A stretch of DNA of 61,987 nt. Source: Thermoplasmata archaeon (GTDB taxonomy: Archaea; Thermoplasmatota; Thermoplasmata; RBG-16-68-12; JAFNFQ01). The stretch is taken from the NCBI GenBank assembly GCA_041489255.1, contig JBGPQV010000015.1, positions 1-61,987 on the forward strand, read 5' to 3'. A program made the translations under genes and the position numbers. The notes beneath the pieces were generated by a model. The model had not been told where the DNA came from, searched no databases, and was given only the letters and a program-made list of their open reading frames with translations. Positions 1 through 9,627 of the stretch are shown here, piece after piece (positions within the stretch are counted from its first letter, which is position 1; the number at the start of each line of letters is the position of its first letter).

Positions 1-140
1 ACCTTCTGTATGCTGGCTATCCTGGAGACCGGTTCCCCTTTCTCCATCTCCCGGATGATCCACTTCACCTTCTTCTCGTTCAGTTTGGCCATCCTGACCC
101 CTGCGAGGGGAGATATGGAAAGTGAATTCAGGATAGCGCA
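1..140 (-). mobile_element. 5' end of a probable IS481-family insertion sequence (transposase N-terminus 92->1, runs off the window)
   Basis: Minus-strand ATG at 92 gives MAKLNEKKVKWIIREMEKGEPVSRIASIQK, resembling the HTH N-termini of archaeal IS481 transposases; a putative terminal IR TGCGCTATCCTGAATTCAC starts at 140. Confidence 0.5.
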
Positions 141-207
141 GGTCAGCAGGCCTTTCGAAAGCCTCTAAATACGTCCGGGCGATTCGCCGGCACAAGGCGG
201 GGACAAG

Positions 208-1365
208 ATGTTGGACAGAGACGAGATCATCCGCTTGCTCGACGGCTACAAGAAGGAAGACATCAAGATCGGCATGATCGCGTCGCACTCGGCGCTGGAC
301 GTCTGCGACGGGGCCGTCGAGGAGGGCTTCTTCACCGTGGCGGTTTGCGAGGGGGGCCGGGACGAACCCTACACTCGCTACTTCAAGGCGTTCCGCGACA
401 AGAGGGGCAAGGCGTACAGGGGCATGGTCGACCAGACCCTCGTCCTCGACAAGTTCGGCGAGGTCATGAGCGACAGGGTGCAGCAGTTCCTCCGCAGCGA
501 GAACGTCGTCTTCGTGCCGAACAGGTCGTTCAGCTCCTACTGCGACATTGGGGACATCGAGGACAAGTTCAGCGTGCCCCTCTACGGCAGCAGGAACCTG
601 CTCAGGACGGAGGAGCGCGGGGAGAAGAGGAACTACTACTGGCTCCTCGAGAAGGCGGGCATACCGTTCCCGGAGGAGGTCGAGGACCCGGACGACATCG
701 ACGGGCTCGTCATGGTCAAGCTCCCGCACAAGGTCAAGAGGCTCGAGCGGGGCTTCTTCACCGCCGCGACCGCGAAGGAGTTCAGGCAGAAGTCGGAGGA
801 GCTGATCAAGCAGGACGTCATCTCCCGCAAGGACCTGAAGGCGGCGAGGATAGAGAAGTACGTCATAGGGCCGGTGTTCAACTTCGATTTCTTCTACTCG
901 CCTCTGGCTGGGCACGAGGAGGGGATCGAGCTGCTCGGCATCGACTGGCGGTTCGAAACATCCCTGGACGGGCACGTGCGGCTCCCCGCCTCGCAGCAGC
1001 TCACCCTCAACGAGAAGCAGAAGAACCCCGTGTACATCGTGATAGGGCACAACGCGGCGACGTTGCGGGAGAGCAGCCTCAACAAGATATTCCCCATAGC
1101 GGAGAAGTTCGTGAAGGCGACCCAGGAGCACTACCCGCCGGGCATCATAGGGCCGTTCACCCTGCAGACGTGCGTCGGCGCCGACGAGGAGTTCTGCGTG
1201 TTCGACGTCGCCCCGAGGATCGGCGGCGGGACGAACGTGCACATGTGGGTCGGTCATCCTTACGGGAACAGCCTCTGGCGGACGACGATGAGCACGGGCA
1301 GGCGGGTGGCGCGCGAGATCAGGCGCGGCATCGATGACAACAGGCTGGACGAGCTGGTCACGTAG
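208..1365 (+). CDS. purP: PurP-family ATP-grasp FAICAR synthetase (formate-dependent AICAR formyltransferase)
   Basis: SHSALD..GA.EEGF, PNRSF, YGSRNLLR.EER, ERGFF, GIIGPFTLQ and RIGGGTN motifs; 385 aa. Confidence 0.85.
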   Translation: MLDRDEIIRLLDGYKKEDIKIGMIASHSALDVCDGAVEEGFFTVAVCEGGRDEPYTRYFKAFRDKRGKAYRGMVDQTLVLDKFGEVMSDRVQQFLRSENVVFVPNRSFSSYCDIGDIEDKFSVPLYGSRNLLRTEERGEKRNYYWLLEKAGIPFPEEVEDPDDIDGLVMVKLPHKVKRLERGFFTAATAKEFRQKSEELIKQDVISRKDLKAARIEKYVIGPVFNFDFFYSPLAGHEEGIELLGIDWRFETSLDGHVRLPASQQLTLNEKQKNPVYIVIGHNAATLRESSLNKIFPIAEKFVKATQEHYPPGIIGPFTLQTCVGADEEFCVFDVAPRIGGGTNVHMWVGHPYGNSLWRTTMSTGRRVAREIRRGIDDNRLDELVT

Positions 1366-1426
1366 GTCGTCAATATTAATTACCCGGGCACCGATGGTGG
1401 GCCCAGTCAGAAGGGCGATTCTCGGG

Positions 1427-2455
1427 ATGGCGGACCTTTACGTCCTAGCTTGGGCAGGAGCGATAGTCTTGGGCTTCCTCGTGCTCAACCAGGGGGCCAA
1501 GCTGCTCACCGACAACGCGGTCTACGTGGCCCGCAAGTTCGGGCAGTCGCGGTTCGTCGTCGGCGTCCTCTTGGTGTCAACGCTTGCGGCGCTGCCCGAG
1601 GTCCTGGTGTCCGTGCTCGCCCTCAGGGAGGGGAGCCCCAGCATCGCCCTGGGCAACGCGCTCTCCTCCTGCGTCGTGACCGTGGGCTTCGTCATCGGCC
1701 TCGCGGCGATCATCAAGCCGGTGAAGACCACGAGGGAGATCGCCCTCCGCGACGCGGTGTTCCTCGCGACGTTCACGATCGTGGCCTCCGCGCTGCTCCT
1801 GGACGGGCACCTCACCGCCTACGAGGGACTGGTCCTGATCGCGCTTTTCATACCGTACACGGTCAACCTCTACATCTCGCAGAAGGATGCGTCAAGGGAC
1901 GAAGTGGAAGAGATCGTGAGGGACATCAAGATCGAGCTGGCGATGACGGGGTGGCTCTTCGGGAGGCGGGTCGAGATAAGGGCGGGCCCGAGGTGGCTGG
2001 TCTTCGGGGTCCTCTGGGCGGTGATGGGGGCGCAGTTCATCGTCCAGGGCGCGATTCAGCTCTCTCGACCGGAGCAGCTCGGGATAGACCCGTGGCTCCT
2101 CGCGATAACGGTCGTGGCCTTCGGCACCTCCCTGCCGGATATCGCCGCGAGCTATCACGCGAGCAAGAAAGGCTACTCGGACCTCGCGCTCGGCGAGGGC
2201 ATCGGCGCGAGCATAGTCACCCTCCTCCTCACGCTCGGCATCATGGGCCTCATGACCCCGATGACGTACGATGTCGTGAGGATATTGCCGATGATAGTCG
2301 GCGTGGTGGGCTCGTCCTTCATGATCCTCGTCTTCATGCTCAGCGGCCGGATGATGGGCAAGAAGGCCGGCATCGCTCTCATGATCTTCTACGTCGTGAT
2401 CGTGGTCGTGAACGTCGTCCTCTTCGGGTACGGTGGCGGGAATCCGTTTACCTGA
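1427..2455 (+). CDS. Sodium:calcium antiporter (CaCA/YrbG family)
   Basis: Two alpha-repeats (STLAALPE...ALGNALSS; AFGTSLPD...ALGEGIGAS) and about 10 TM segments; start placed at ATG 1427, downstream of an AT-rich TATA at 1374-1382. Confidence 0.85.
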   Translation: MADLYVLAWAGAIVLGFLVLNQGAKLLTDNAVYVARKFGQSRFVVGVLLVSTLAALPEVLVSVLALREGSPSIALGNALSSCVVTVGFVIGLAAIIKPVKTTREIALRDAVFLATFTIVASALLLDGHLTAYEGLVLIALFIPYTVNLYISQKDASRDEVEEIVRDIKIELAMTGWLFGRRVEIRAGPRWLVFGVLWAVMGAQFIVQGAIQLSRPEQLGIDPWLLAITVVAFGTSLPDIAASYHASKKGYSDLALGEGIGASIVTLLLTLGIMGLMTPMTYDVVRILPMIVGVVGSSFMILVFMLSGRMMGKKAGIALMIFYVVIVVVNVVLFGYGGGNPFT

Positions 2456-2464
2456 GCGTAAGTC

Positions 2465-3247
2465 TCAGTAGACCAGTCCGCAGCGGACGCAGGTCATCTT
2501 CCCGTCTCCTCGCGGCTGGAGCTCCCCGCCGCAGGAGCTGCAGAACCTGGTCGGGGGCTTCAGCTGGCCCTTCTCGTCCCACTGGTGCTGCGGCCACTGG
2601 CCCTGGGGCGGCTGTCCCTGGCCGGGCTGCCACGCGCCCTGCGGCCCCGAAGGCCAACCACCAGGCGGGGGCTGCGTCGTCGGCTGCTGGGAGCCCGGCG
2701 GTGCCTGCTGCTGACCGGGCTGTCCCCACGCCCCTGGCGCGACGGTCGGGTGCGGGGGGATGTGCTGCATCTGCCTGAACTGCTCCTCCGCGTACGCCTG
2801 CGCGTCGTTCCTCACGACCACGGTGTTCGCGATCCTGTCCATGAACTTCTGGCGCGGGTCGCCTTCGGTGACCAGCCCCAGGAGGACATCTAACCACAGG
2901 AATGGGAAGAGCAGCTTGAAGAAGCTCCGCATGACGATCGCCCCGATGCCGAGAGGCTGCCCGGTCGTTGTCACGACCTGCAGGTTCACGATCTTCTTGC
3001 CTATGGAACCCTGCATGACCATCTCGAGTATCACGAAATAGAGGAAGATGAAGATGCCATCAAAGAGCCACCAGAACCATCCGAACGCCCATCCCCAACC
3101 CAAGAAGAAACTAAAGAAGATGAATTGGTGGATGATGAATAGAGGAATCCATATGATTGCGAAATCGATGATAGCGGCGAAGAATCTCTTGATCCAATGT
3201 TCCTGCAGCGCCTTGTTGCTTCCGAGAATGTTGAAACCTGTGACCAT
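2465..3247 (-). CDS. RDD-family membrane protein with Pro/Gln-rich linker and C-terminal zinc ribbon
   Basis: KRFFAAIID, QGSIGKKIVNLQV, RQKFMDRIANTVV; C-terminal CSSCG...CVRCG. Confidence 0.85.
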   Translation of the reverse strand: MVTGFNILGSNKALQEHWIKRFFAAIIDFAIIWIPLFIIHQFIFFSFFLGWGWAFGWFWWLFDGIFIFLYFVILEMVMQGSIGKKIVNLQVVTTTGQPLGIGAIVMRSFFKLLFPFLWLDVLLGLVTEGDPRQKFMDRIANTVVVRNDAQAYAEEQFRQMQHIPPHPTVAPGAWGQPGQQQAPPGSQQPTTQPPPGGWPSGPQGAWQPGQGQPPQGQWPQHQWDEKGQLKPPTRFCSSCGGELQPRGDGKMTCVRCGLVY

Positions 3248-3373
3248 TTCATCACATTCCTTGGGGGGAGTTGAAAACAGATAGCATCCGTAATCATTAT
3301 ACTTTCGTTTTACCGCAAATGGGCGGATGGAACGCGATTTCCTTCCCGCCAGAGAGTGGAAATCTCCCGCCAA

Positions 3374-4057
3374 TCACTCCGTGTCGTCGGGGGAGAGCTC
3401 CTCCTCCGCCTTCTCCATCAAGCTGACGTCGTAGCGAGAGAGGAACTCCGCCGGCATCTCCTTTGTCGTGTAGACGGTCTTGCCCGCCTTCATTATGACG
3501 ACGCCCTGCTCCACAGCCTTCTTCGCCGCGACGGCGAGGATGACAGGGTTCTCCACCCTCACCTTCCCCGCCTCCATCGCCGCGGCAGGCGTCGCGCTGA
3601 GGTGCACCATCTTCCTGTCCAAGGGCACCAGCCCCGCCCCGAGAAGGACGTTGCACTCCTCGGTCGTGGTGGGGTAGTACAGGGTCTCGGGTATGTCGTG
3701 GGTCGGCAGGTCGAGTTCCACCTCGAGGCTGTGACCGTAGGTCGCGCGGATCTTCCCCTCCCTGTGCTGGTACCTGCCCTTCGCGTCAGTCTCGACGAGG
3801 CCGATGATGTGATGCGGCTTGATGAACTTTAACCGCCTGTTCTTGATGGAGAGGGCGGTGATGAAGTCCCCCATGTCGATCCAGCCCTGCTTGTCCATCT
3901 CGACCCCGAACCTCTCGGGGAAGTGCCTCAGGACCCCCGCCATCGTCCTCACGAGGAACTCGACCTCCTGGTCGTTGAGGAGGAACCTGGACTCGCTGCC
4001 GCAGATGGGGCAGAGTTCCCCGCGGAAATAGCCGTGGGAGTTGCATTCTTTCAACAT
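3374..4057 (-). CDS. kptA: RNA 2'-phosphotransferase (Tpt1/KptA)
   Basis: N-terminal zinc knuckle (C..HGYFRG..CPIC), VLRHFP, IRATYGHS, RKMVHLS. Confidence 0.92.
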   Translation of the reverse strand: MLKECNSHGYFRGELCPICGSESRFLLNDQEVEFLVRTMAGVLRHFPERFGVEMDKQGWIDMGDFITALSIKNRRLKFIKPHHIIGLVETDAKGRYQHREGKIRATYGHSLEVELDLPTHDIPETLYYPTTTEECNVLLGAGLVPLDRKMVHLSATPAAAMEAGKVRVENPVILAVAAKKAVEQGVVIMKAGKTVYTTKEMPAEFLSRYDVSLMEKAEEELSPDDTE

Positions 4058-4163
4058 GGATTTCTCCAGCCCAACCTAACGAGCAATAACTGGCGCACCA
4101 TTAGAAGCTTTTCATGTCTCCGCAGGTCTGCGCTGACCGCGAAATCGTTCGGAGCGGACGGAG

Positions 4164-4229
4164 AGTAGAGCAGGAGCAGAGTGAAAGCAGAGCATAAGTA
4201 GCGCAAAAGCAGAGCAAAGGTAGACCATC
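4164..4229. repeat. Intergenic 11-bp tandem repeat, 5-6 units, consensus AGYAGAGCAAA
   Basis: agtagagcagg / agcagagtgaa / agcagagcata / agtagcgcaaa / agcagagcaaa / ggtagaccatc. Confidence 0.75.
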
Positions 4230-4281
4230 TCTCCCTTACGGATGTGTGTTCATTCCGGAATGACTGAACGTCTATAACGGA

Positions 4282-5103
4282 TCAGAGCGGCGGGAGGTCC
4301 TCCTCTCTGACGACCTTGATCCCCCGCCCCGAGAACCAGTCCTCCAGCCTCCTGAGCATCGGCTTGCCGATCGCCTTGCGGTGGAAGTAGACGAACTCGG
4401 CGTTGGCGGTCTGGGACAGGGCGTTCTCCAATATCGACTCGTCAAACTCGTCGAGGACGTATGAGGGGATCATGTGGCCGAAGCAGACGTCTCGGGTAAG
4501 AGCGACATCTGTTATCCTCGGCATGTAGTGACCGCCGCCAACACCGATGCCAACTCGACCGCGTGCGGGAGTTGCTCTGAGCACCGCATTCGCGAGTGCC
4601 TCTCCCGCCTTGTCGTCAGACCACGCGGTCTCGTCGCTCCCCGCCTCGATGAAGAAGGTAGGCGTTTTCAGGAAGGGGCCGTGGTGCGTCGCCTCGAAGC
4701 TCACCGTGTAGTCGAGGCCTTTCGCGGTTTCCTTCAGTGCTCTGAGCGCGCCTGTCATGTGTGCGGGAGCGGAGGGCACGAGGGTCCGCGGCTTCCCGCC
4801 AAAGTCCGCCTGGCGGTGGTTGCCGATCGGGTGGACCGTGAGGCTCCTGAGGCCGCTTTCGCTCCTGTGGCGGGAGAGATAGACGAGCACCTCCGGCTTC
4901 TCGCCGAAGAAGGAGGAAGCGCTCTCGTCCAGTTCGTCACGGTAGAGGTGCTCCTGGCCGATGATGATGAGCTTCATGTCCGCACGGCTGTAGGTCGGCT
5001 TGCCCTCGAAGGGCTCTCCCTCCCGCCAGTCCGCGAGCGCGAGCAGCTTGTCGCGCATGTTGACGCTGGCCGCGTCCTTCTCCGAGCAGACGAGCAGGCG
5101 CAT
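4282..5103 (-). CDS. dtdA: Archaeal D-aminoacyl-tRNA deacylase
   Basis: S.KD.AS.N, SRHRS, LTVHPIGN, FEATHHGP, FIEAGS, GGGHY and FGHMIP motifs. Confidence 0.92.
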   Translation of the reverse strand: MRLLVCSEKDAASVNMRDKLLALADWREGEPFEGKPTYSRADMKLIIIGQEHLYRDELDESASSFFGEKPEVLVYLSRHRSESGLRSLTVHPIGNHRQADFGGKPRTLVPSAPAHMTGALRALKETAKGLDYTVSFEATHHGPFLKTPTFFIEAGSDETAWSDDKAGEALANAVLRATPARGRVGIGVGGGHYMPRITDVALTRDVCFGHMIPSYVLDEFDESILENALSQTANAEFVYFHRKAIGKPMLRRLEDWFSGRGIKVVREEDLPPL

Positions 5104-5560
5104 GCGGGGGCGTTTCGACAACCCGTGATATAAACGTGTCGAGCGACCAGTGATGCGCGGTCGGGTCAAGGCATTCTGGGGGCTTGCTTTTCTTCATCTG
5201 GCGCTTGCCAATCTTCTGCCTCATGGCCCCAAGCCGGACTATGACGTGACTGCGAAGGTGTCGTCAGCCAGGTCGAAGAGAAGCTAAACGAATTGCCGCC
5301 GCACGCCTTTGAGCTGTGGGCCGATCTGAACTACAGGCTTGGACGGGACCCGAGCGTGCACGGTGGAGCGGAGCACCTGTTGTACGTCGGCAGGAAGCCG
5401 ATGTGACTTTGAGGAAAGCGGCTGCATGCGGGATGACTTCGCTGTTATCGGAACAGGCATCATTATCAGACGAGATAGCATCGCTGACCGCGCATGGCGG
5501 GACAAACGTTTATTTGCGACGCCTCCCTCGCTCGACTTGCGGAAACGCAGGCGTTCCTCC

Positions 5561-5857
5561 ATGACCGACGTGACTTTCGTGACCTCCCTGCAGGGGCGGC
5601 AGGCAGAGCGTGTCAAGGAGGTATCCATCGGTCTAAGGGAGAAAAGGTCCGAGATCAAGGTCGAGATCCTCGAGGCGGAGCAGCACAAGGACCTCCTGGC
5701 CAAGTTCAAGCTCAAGTACGGCCCGTGCGTGATGATCGACGGCAAGATGCAGTTCGTCGGCATCCCTAGCTTGCGTCAGCTCGTCGAGAAAATCGACATG
5801 CTCGCGAAGGCGGCAGAGGCGAAACCGCCAGAGCCAGCGCCCGCGCAGACGAAGTGA
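5561..5857 (+). CDS. Thioredoxin/glutaredoxin-fold protein lacking CxxC
   Basis: KFKLKYGPCVMIDGKMQFVGIPS (cis-Pro loop); SLQG occupies the position where CxxC is expected. Confidence 0.6.
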   Translation: MTDVTFVTSLQGRQAERVKEVSIGLREKRSEIKVEILEAEQHKDLLAKFKLKYGPCVMIDGKMQFVGIPSLRQLVEKIDMLAKAAEAKPPEPAPAQTK

Positions 5858-5881
5858 CTGGCAGTTGCGTCAGCGGGGAAG

Positions 5882-6009
5882 TTTATTATACCCTACTCGT
5901 CAATTACTCACATGGAGGAGGGTCGGTTGGCCCGCCACTGGGTGGCCTTCTGGGTTACCAGTGAAATGGGTCGAAGACTACCTTCGGCGGCAAGGGGAAA
6001 GGAGATACA
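5882..6009 (+). promoter_or_regulatory. TATA box and ~100-nt structured 5' leader of hsp20
   Basis: TTTATTATA at 5882-5890; stems CACTGG/CCAGTG (5936-5963) and GTCGAAG/CTTCGGC (5970-5988); purine-rich SD before ATG 6010. Confidence 0.5.
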
Positions 6010-6441
6010 ATGGGGATCGAGGACGATTTTGCGGAGCTCAGGAAAGCTCTCGACAGGATGCTCAAGGAGGCCTGGGACGGCCGGACAGGCGTGTTCAAGG
6101 ACGGAAGCGGAAAGGCACGCCGGATGGACAAGCCCAAGGACATGGAAGTAGCGGGTCTCCAGCACCTGGAGACCGGCGAGATACTGATCGAGGAGCCCCG
6201 CATAGAGATACAGGAGGATCGGGACAGGGTCTACGTCACGATCGAGTTCCCGCCAGGCTCGGACAACGAGCTGTCGCTCGAGGTCGAGGCCAGGCGCGTC
6301 ACCGTCGAGACCAACGGCGGCAAGGTGCGCAAGATGTGGGAGCTACCGGAGGACGTCGAGACCACATCGTTCACGGAGTCGTACAACAACGGCGTGCTGG
6401 ACCTCATCCTGATCAAGAGAGTGACGGCCGAAGCGGCCTGA
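6010..6441 (+). CDS. Small heat-shock protein (Hsp20/alpha-crystallin)
   Basis: VYVTIEFPPG, ELPEDV and SYNNGVLDLIL motifs. Confidence 0.8.
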   Translation: MGIEDDFAELRKALDRMLKEAWDGRTGVFKDGSGKARRMDKPKDMEVAGLQHLETGEILIEEPRIEIQEDRDRVYVTIEFPPGSDNELSLEVEARRVTVETNGGKVRKMWELPEDVETTSFTESYNNGVLDLILIKRVTAEAA

Positions 6442-6515
6442 TGCATCAGAGGTTTTAAGCGGTCACACCTCTGTGCACCCTCACCTATCAGGCGAGGCGC
6501 GGGAGGCAGAGGCCA

Positions 6516-6740
6516 ATGGCCGACACTCACAACATCGACCTCAAGCTGAAAAGGTTGAGGGTAATAGATGGCGACTACCGCTCTGCGATAAAGAGGGCGG
6601 AGCACGACTGCGAGAATAACTTCATCTCCCGAGAGAAGATGCTGAAGATCAAGAAGAAGTACGAGGCGAAGATCGACAAGGTGGCGCCCAAGCTCCGCAA
6701 GCTCCAGCACCTGAGGAACGAGATGAAGTCGAGGGGCTGA
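6516..6740 (+). CDS. Small basic helical hypothetical protein
   Basis: 74 aa, host-like codon usage, GGAGG SD and TTTTAA box upstream. Confidence 0.65.
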   Translation: MADTHNIDLKLKRLRVIDGDYRSAIKRAEHDCENNFISREKMLKIKKKYEAKIDKVAPKLRKLQHLRNEMKSRG

Positions 6741-6786
6741 GCCGGAAGCGAACGGATTTAGGCAAGCAGTTCTCTCGGTCAGGTGC

Positions 6787-7791
6787 ATGAGCAGTCTCGA
6801 GGGCATCGCCCGCGAGGTCAAGAGGTGCCGCAGGTGCCGGCTCGGTCACATCAGGAAGAATGCTGTCCCTGGAGAGGGGCCCTCGCGCGCGAAGATGTTC
6901 TTTATCGGTGAGGCTCCAGGTCGGGACGAGGACACATCAGGCCGTCCGTTCGTAGGGCAGTCGGGCAAGGTCCTCACCGCGATCCTGAAGTCCGCTCATG
7001 TCCGCAGAGAAGATGTCTTCATCACGAGCGTCAACAAGTGCAGGCCTCCGGGCAACAGGAAGCCAAAGGCGGACGAGGTGGCGGCATGCAGGACGTACCT
7101 CATGCGTCAGATCGACCTCGTGCGGCCAAGGGTCATAGTCGCACTCGGCCTGCACAGCCTCTCTGCGCTGACCACGTTCAGAGGCAGCATGTCCAAGGCG
7201 AGGAAGTACCAGTTCGTCTACCACGGAATCCCCCTCATCGCGACTTATCATCCGGCGGCGGTGCTCTACAACCGACCGGTGCGGGTGACTATCCGGAAGG
7301 ACATCGCCCTCGCTGCGCAGATCGCCAGGACGACGAAGCCGAGGCAGGGCGGCATCGATCCTGTACCTGGCATCCCATTCAGGAAACGCGTCTCCTCGGG
7401 CGGCGTGCCCTGGGACGGGGGTTCGAAGTTCCTCCTTATCAGGCGGATGGACGAGGGCCTCTGGGGCATCCCGAAAGGAGGAGTCGAGGAGGGGGAGACG
7501 CTCGAGCAGACAGCGCTGCGCGAACTCAAGGAGGAGGCAGGCCTGAAGGGCAAGACCGTGTGCCCGATCAAGCGCATCAGGTACCGCTTCTACGACTCGG
7601 GAAGCGAGATGAACTTCGACAAGACCGTTCACTATTTCCTCGTGAGAGTGCGCAGGGGCAAGGTCAGGCTCGAGAGAGGATTCGAGGATTACCGCTGGTG
7701 CACCTACGAGGAGGCGTGCAGGATTCTCCACTACGCCAACGACAGGAGCGTCATGATAGCGGCAAGGCTGGCGGTGCGCCGGCTATCTTGA
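6787..7791 (+). CDS. Family-4 uracil-DNA glycosylase fused to a C-terminal NUDIX hydrolase
   Basis: C..C.L, IGEAPG, GRPFVG.SG, KCRPP.NRKP and TYHPAA, followed by an intact NUDIX box GGVEEGETLEQTALRELKEEAG. Confidence 0.9.
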   Translation: MSSLEGIAREVKRCRRCRLGHIRKNAVPGEGPSRAKMFFIGEAPGRDEDTSGRPFVGQSGKVLTAILKSAHVRREDVFITSVNKCRPPGNRKPKADEVAACRTYLMRQIDLVRPRVIVALGLHSLSALTTFRGSMSKARKYQFVYHGIPLIATYHPAAVLYNRPVRVTIRKDIALAAQIARTTKPRQGGIDPVPGIPFRKRVSSGGVPWDGGSKFLLIRRMDEGLWGIPKGGVEEGETLEQTALRELKEEAGLKGKTVCPIKRIRYRFYDSGSEMNFDKTVHYFLVRVRRGKVRLERGFEDYRWCTYEEACRILHYANDRSVMIAARLAVRRLS

Positions 7792-9489
7792 GAGGAACTC
7801 CCTCACCCTCTCGTACGGCCAGCAGTTGACGACGTCATCAGGCTCAAGCCAGCCCCTCCTCGCCGTCCCGACGCCGAAGCGCATGTACGCGAGGTGGTCG
7901 ACGGAATGAGAGTCAGTGTCGATGACAAGCTTCGCCCCCTTCTCCTTCGCCAGCCTCGCCTGCGGGCCGGAGAGGTCGAGCCTGTCGGGGAAGGCGTTTA
8001 TCTCCAGCGCGGTGCCCCTCTCCGCTGCCTCCTCAGCCACCCTCTCGAGGTCGAGCTGGATCGGCTCTCTGCGCTGGACCATGCCGGTGAAGGGGTGGGC
8101 GAGGATGTTCACGTACGGATGGTTCACCGCCGCGAGCACCCTGTCGGTCATCTCCGCGATCTGCATGTTGAACCTCGAGTGCACCGAGGCGATGACGTAA
8201 TCGAGCTCCTTCAGCACATCGTCGGGGTAGTCGAGGCCGCCGTTGGCCAGTATCTCGCACTCGGTCCCCAGGAGAATCCTGAAGTCACCTGAAGTCTGAT
8301 TGATGACGCGGATCTCGTCTCTCCTCCTCATGAGGTCGTCCACGCTCACCCCGCGCGCGACCTTCAGCGACATCGAGTGATCCGAGATGCCCACATAGGC
8401 GTAACCCCTCGCGCGGGCCGCGTCGATAATCGCCTCCAGGGTATCACCGCCATCGCTCAGGCTCGTGTGCACGTGGAAGTCTCCGAGGATGTCCGCCATC
8501 GTGAGCAGCTTCGGTAGCCGCCCCTCCTGCGCCGCCTCTATCTCGCCCGCGTCCTCGCGCATCTCCGGCTCGATGTACTGCATCCCGAGCGACCTGTACA
8601 CGCCCTCCTCTGTGGCCCCAGCGATCCGCTCCTCCCCCCTGAAAACGCCGTACTCGCTCAGCTTGAGGCCCTGCCTCTGCGCGATCGTCCTCAGGTGGAC
8701 GTTGTGGTCCTTGCTGCCGGTGAAGTACTGCAGCCCCGAGCCCCAGCTGCCCTCGTCGAGCACGCGCAGGTCCGCCTGGATCCCTGAATCGAGGATGACC
8801 GTGGCTTTGGTGTCCCCCGCCACGACGACCTCCCTGACGAATGGCATCGAGGTGAAAGCGCGCACGACCTCCTCTCGCTTCGACGAAACCGCGAGGAAAT
8901 CGAGGTCGCCGACGGTCTCCCTCATCCTCCGCAGGCTCCCCGCGTAGCTCATGTTGATGACAGGCGCGCTAGCCCTGACGAGTCGGACTATCTCCTCGGC
9001 GAGGGGCAATGCGACGCCGATCGGGGTGCGCTTCTTCGCTTCCGCGAGGAACTCGATGCCCCTTAGGATCTTCGTCTCCTTCTTCTCGCCGAAGCCCTTG
9101 AGCTTCAGGAGTCTGTGCTCCTGCACGGCCTTCCTGAGTCCCTCGACATCGGTGATGCCCAGTTCCTTCCAGACGAGGCCTGCGGTCTTCGGTCCGACGC
9201 CGGGTATCTCGAGCATGTACACGACCCCCTGCGGTATCTCCTTCCTCAGCTCATCGAGGACCGCCACCTTCCCGGTCTTCAGGTACTCAGTCGTCTTCTC
9301 CGCGATCGCCTCGCCGATGCCCGAGACGTCCTTCAGCTTCTGTCCCGCCGCGAGGACCTCGATGTCCTCCTCCATCATCTCCATCACGCGCGCGGCCCTG
9401 CGGTAGGCGTTCGGCTTGAACTCCTCCCCCTTGATGTCGAGGAGATCGGCAATCATGTAGAGGAGGGCGGCGAGCTCTTTGTTCCTCAT
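7783..9489 (-). CDS. polX: DNA polymerase X / PHP 3'-5' exonuclease
   Basis: AYRRAA, GIGEAIAEK, AGSLRR..ETVGDLD and YFTGSK.HN; PHP domain with DFHVHT, ISDHS, ASVHS, LAHP and DTDSH. Confidence 0.95.
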   Translation of the reverse strand: MRNKELAALLYMIADLLDIKGEEFKPNAYRRAARVMEMMEEDIEVLAAGQKLKDVSGIGEAIAEKTTEYLKTGKVAVLDELRKEIPQGVVYMLEIPGVGPKTAGLVWKELGITDVEGLRKAVQEHRLLKLKGFGEKKETKILRGIEFLAEAKKRTPIGVALPLAEEIVRLVRASAPVINMSYAGSLRRMRETVGDLDFLAVSSKREEVVRAFTSMPFVREVVVAGDTKATVILDSGIQADLRVLDEGSWGSGLQYFTGSKDHNVHLRTIAQRQGLKLSEYGVFRGEERIAGATEEGVYRSLGMQYIEPEMREDAGEIEAAQEGRLPKLLTMADILGDFHVHTSLSDGGDTLEAIIDAARARGYAYVGISDHSMSLKVARGVSVDDLMRRRDEIRVINQTSGDFRILLGTECEILANGGLDYPDDVLKELDYVIASVHSRFNMQIAEMTDRVLAAVNHPYVNILAHPFTGMVQRREPIQLDLERVAEEAAERGTALEINAFPDRLDLSGPQARLAKEKGAKLVIDTDSHSVDHLAYMRFGVGTARRGWLEPDDVVNCWPYERVREFLSR

Positions 9490-9627
9490 CGGCGGAAAGA
9501 AGCGGTCCTGACGCTATTAGACTTTCCCGCCATGGACCGGTTGTGGACGTTCATCCACAACCGTGCTGCCTCGGTCCGCCCCGCCGCGACCCAAAACTTA
9601 TAGGCGGGGTGAGGGAATCGCGCCACC

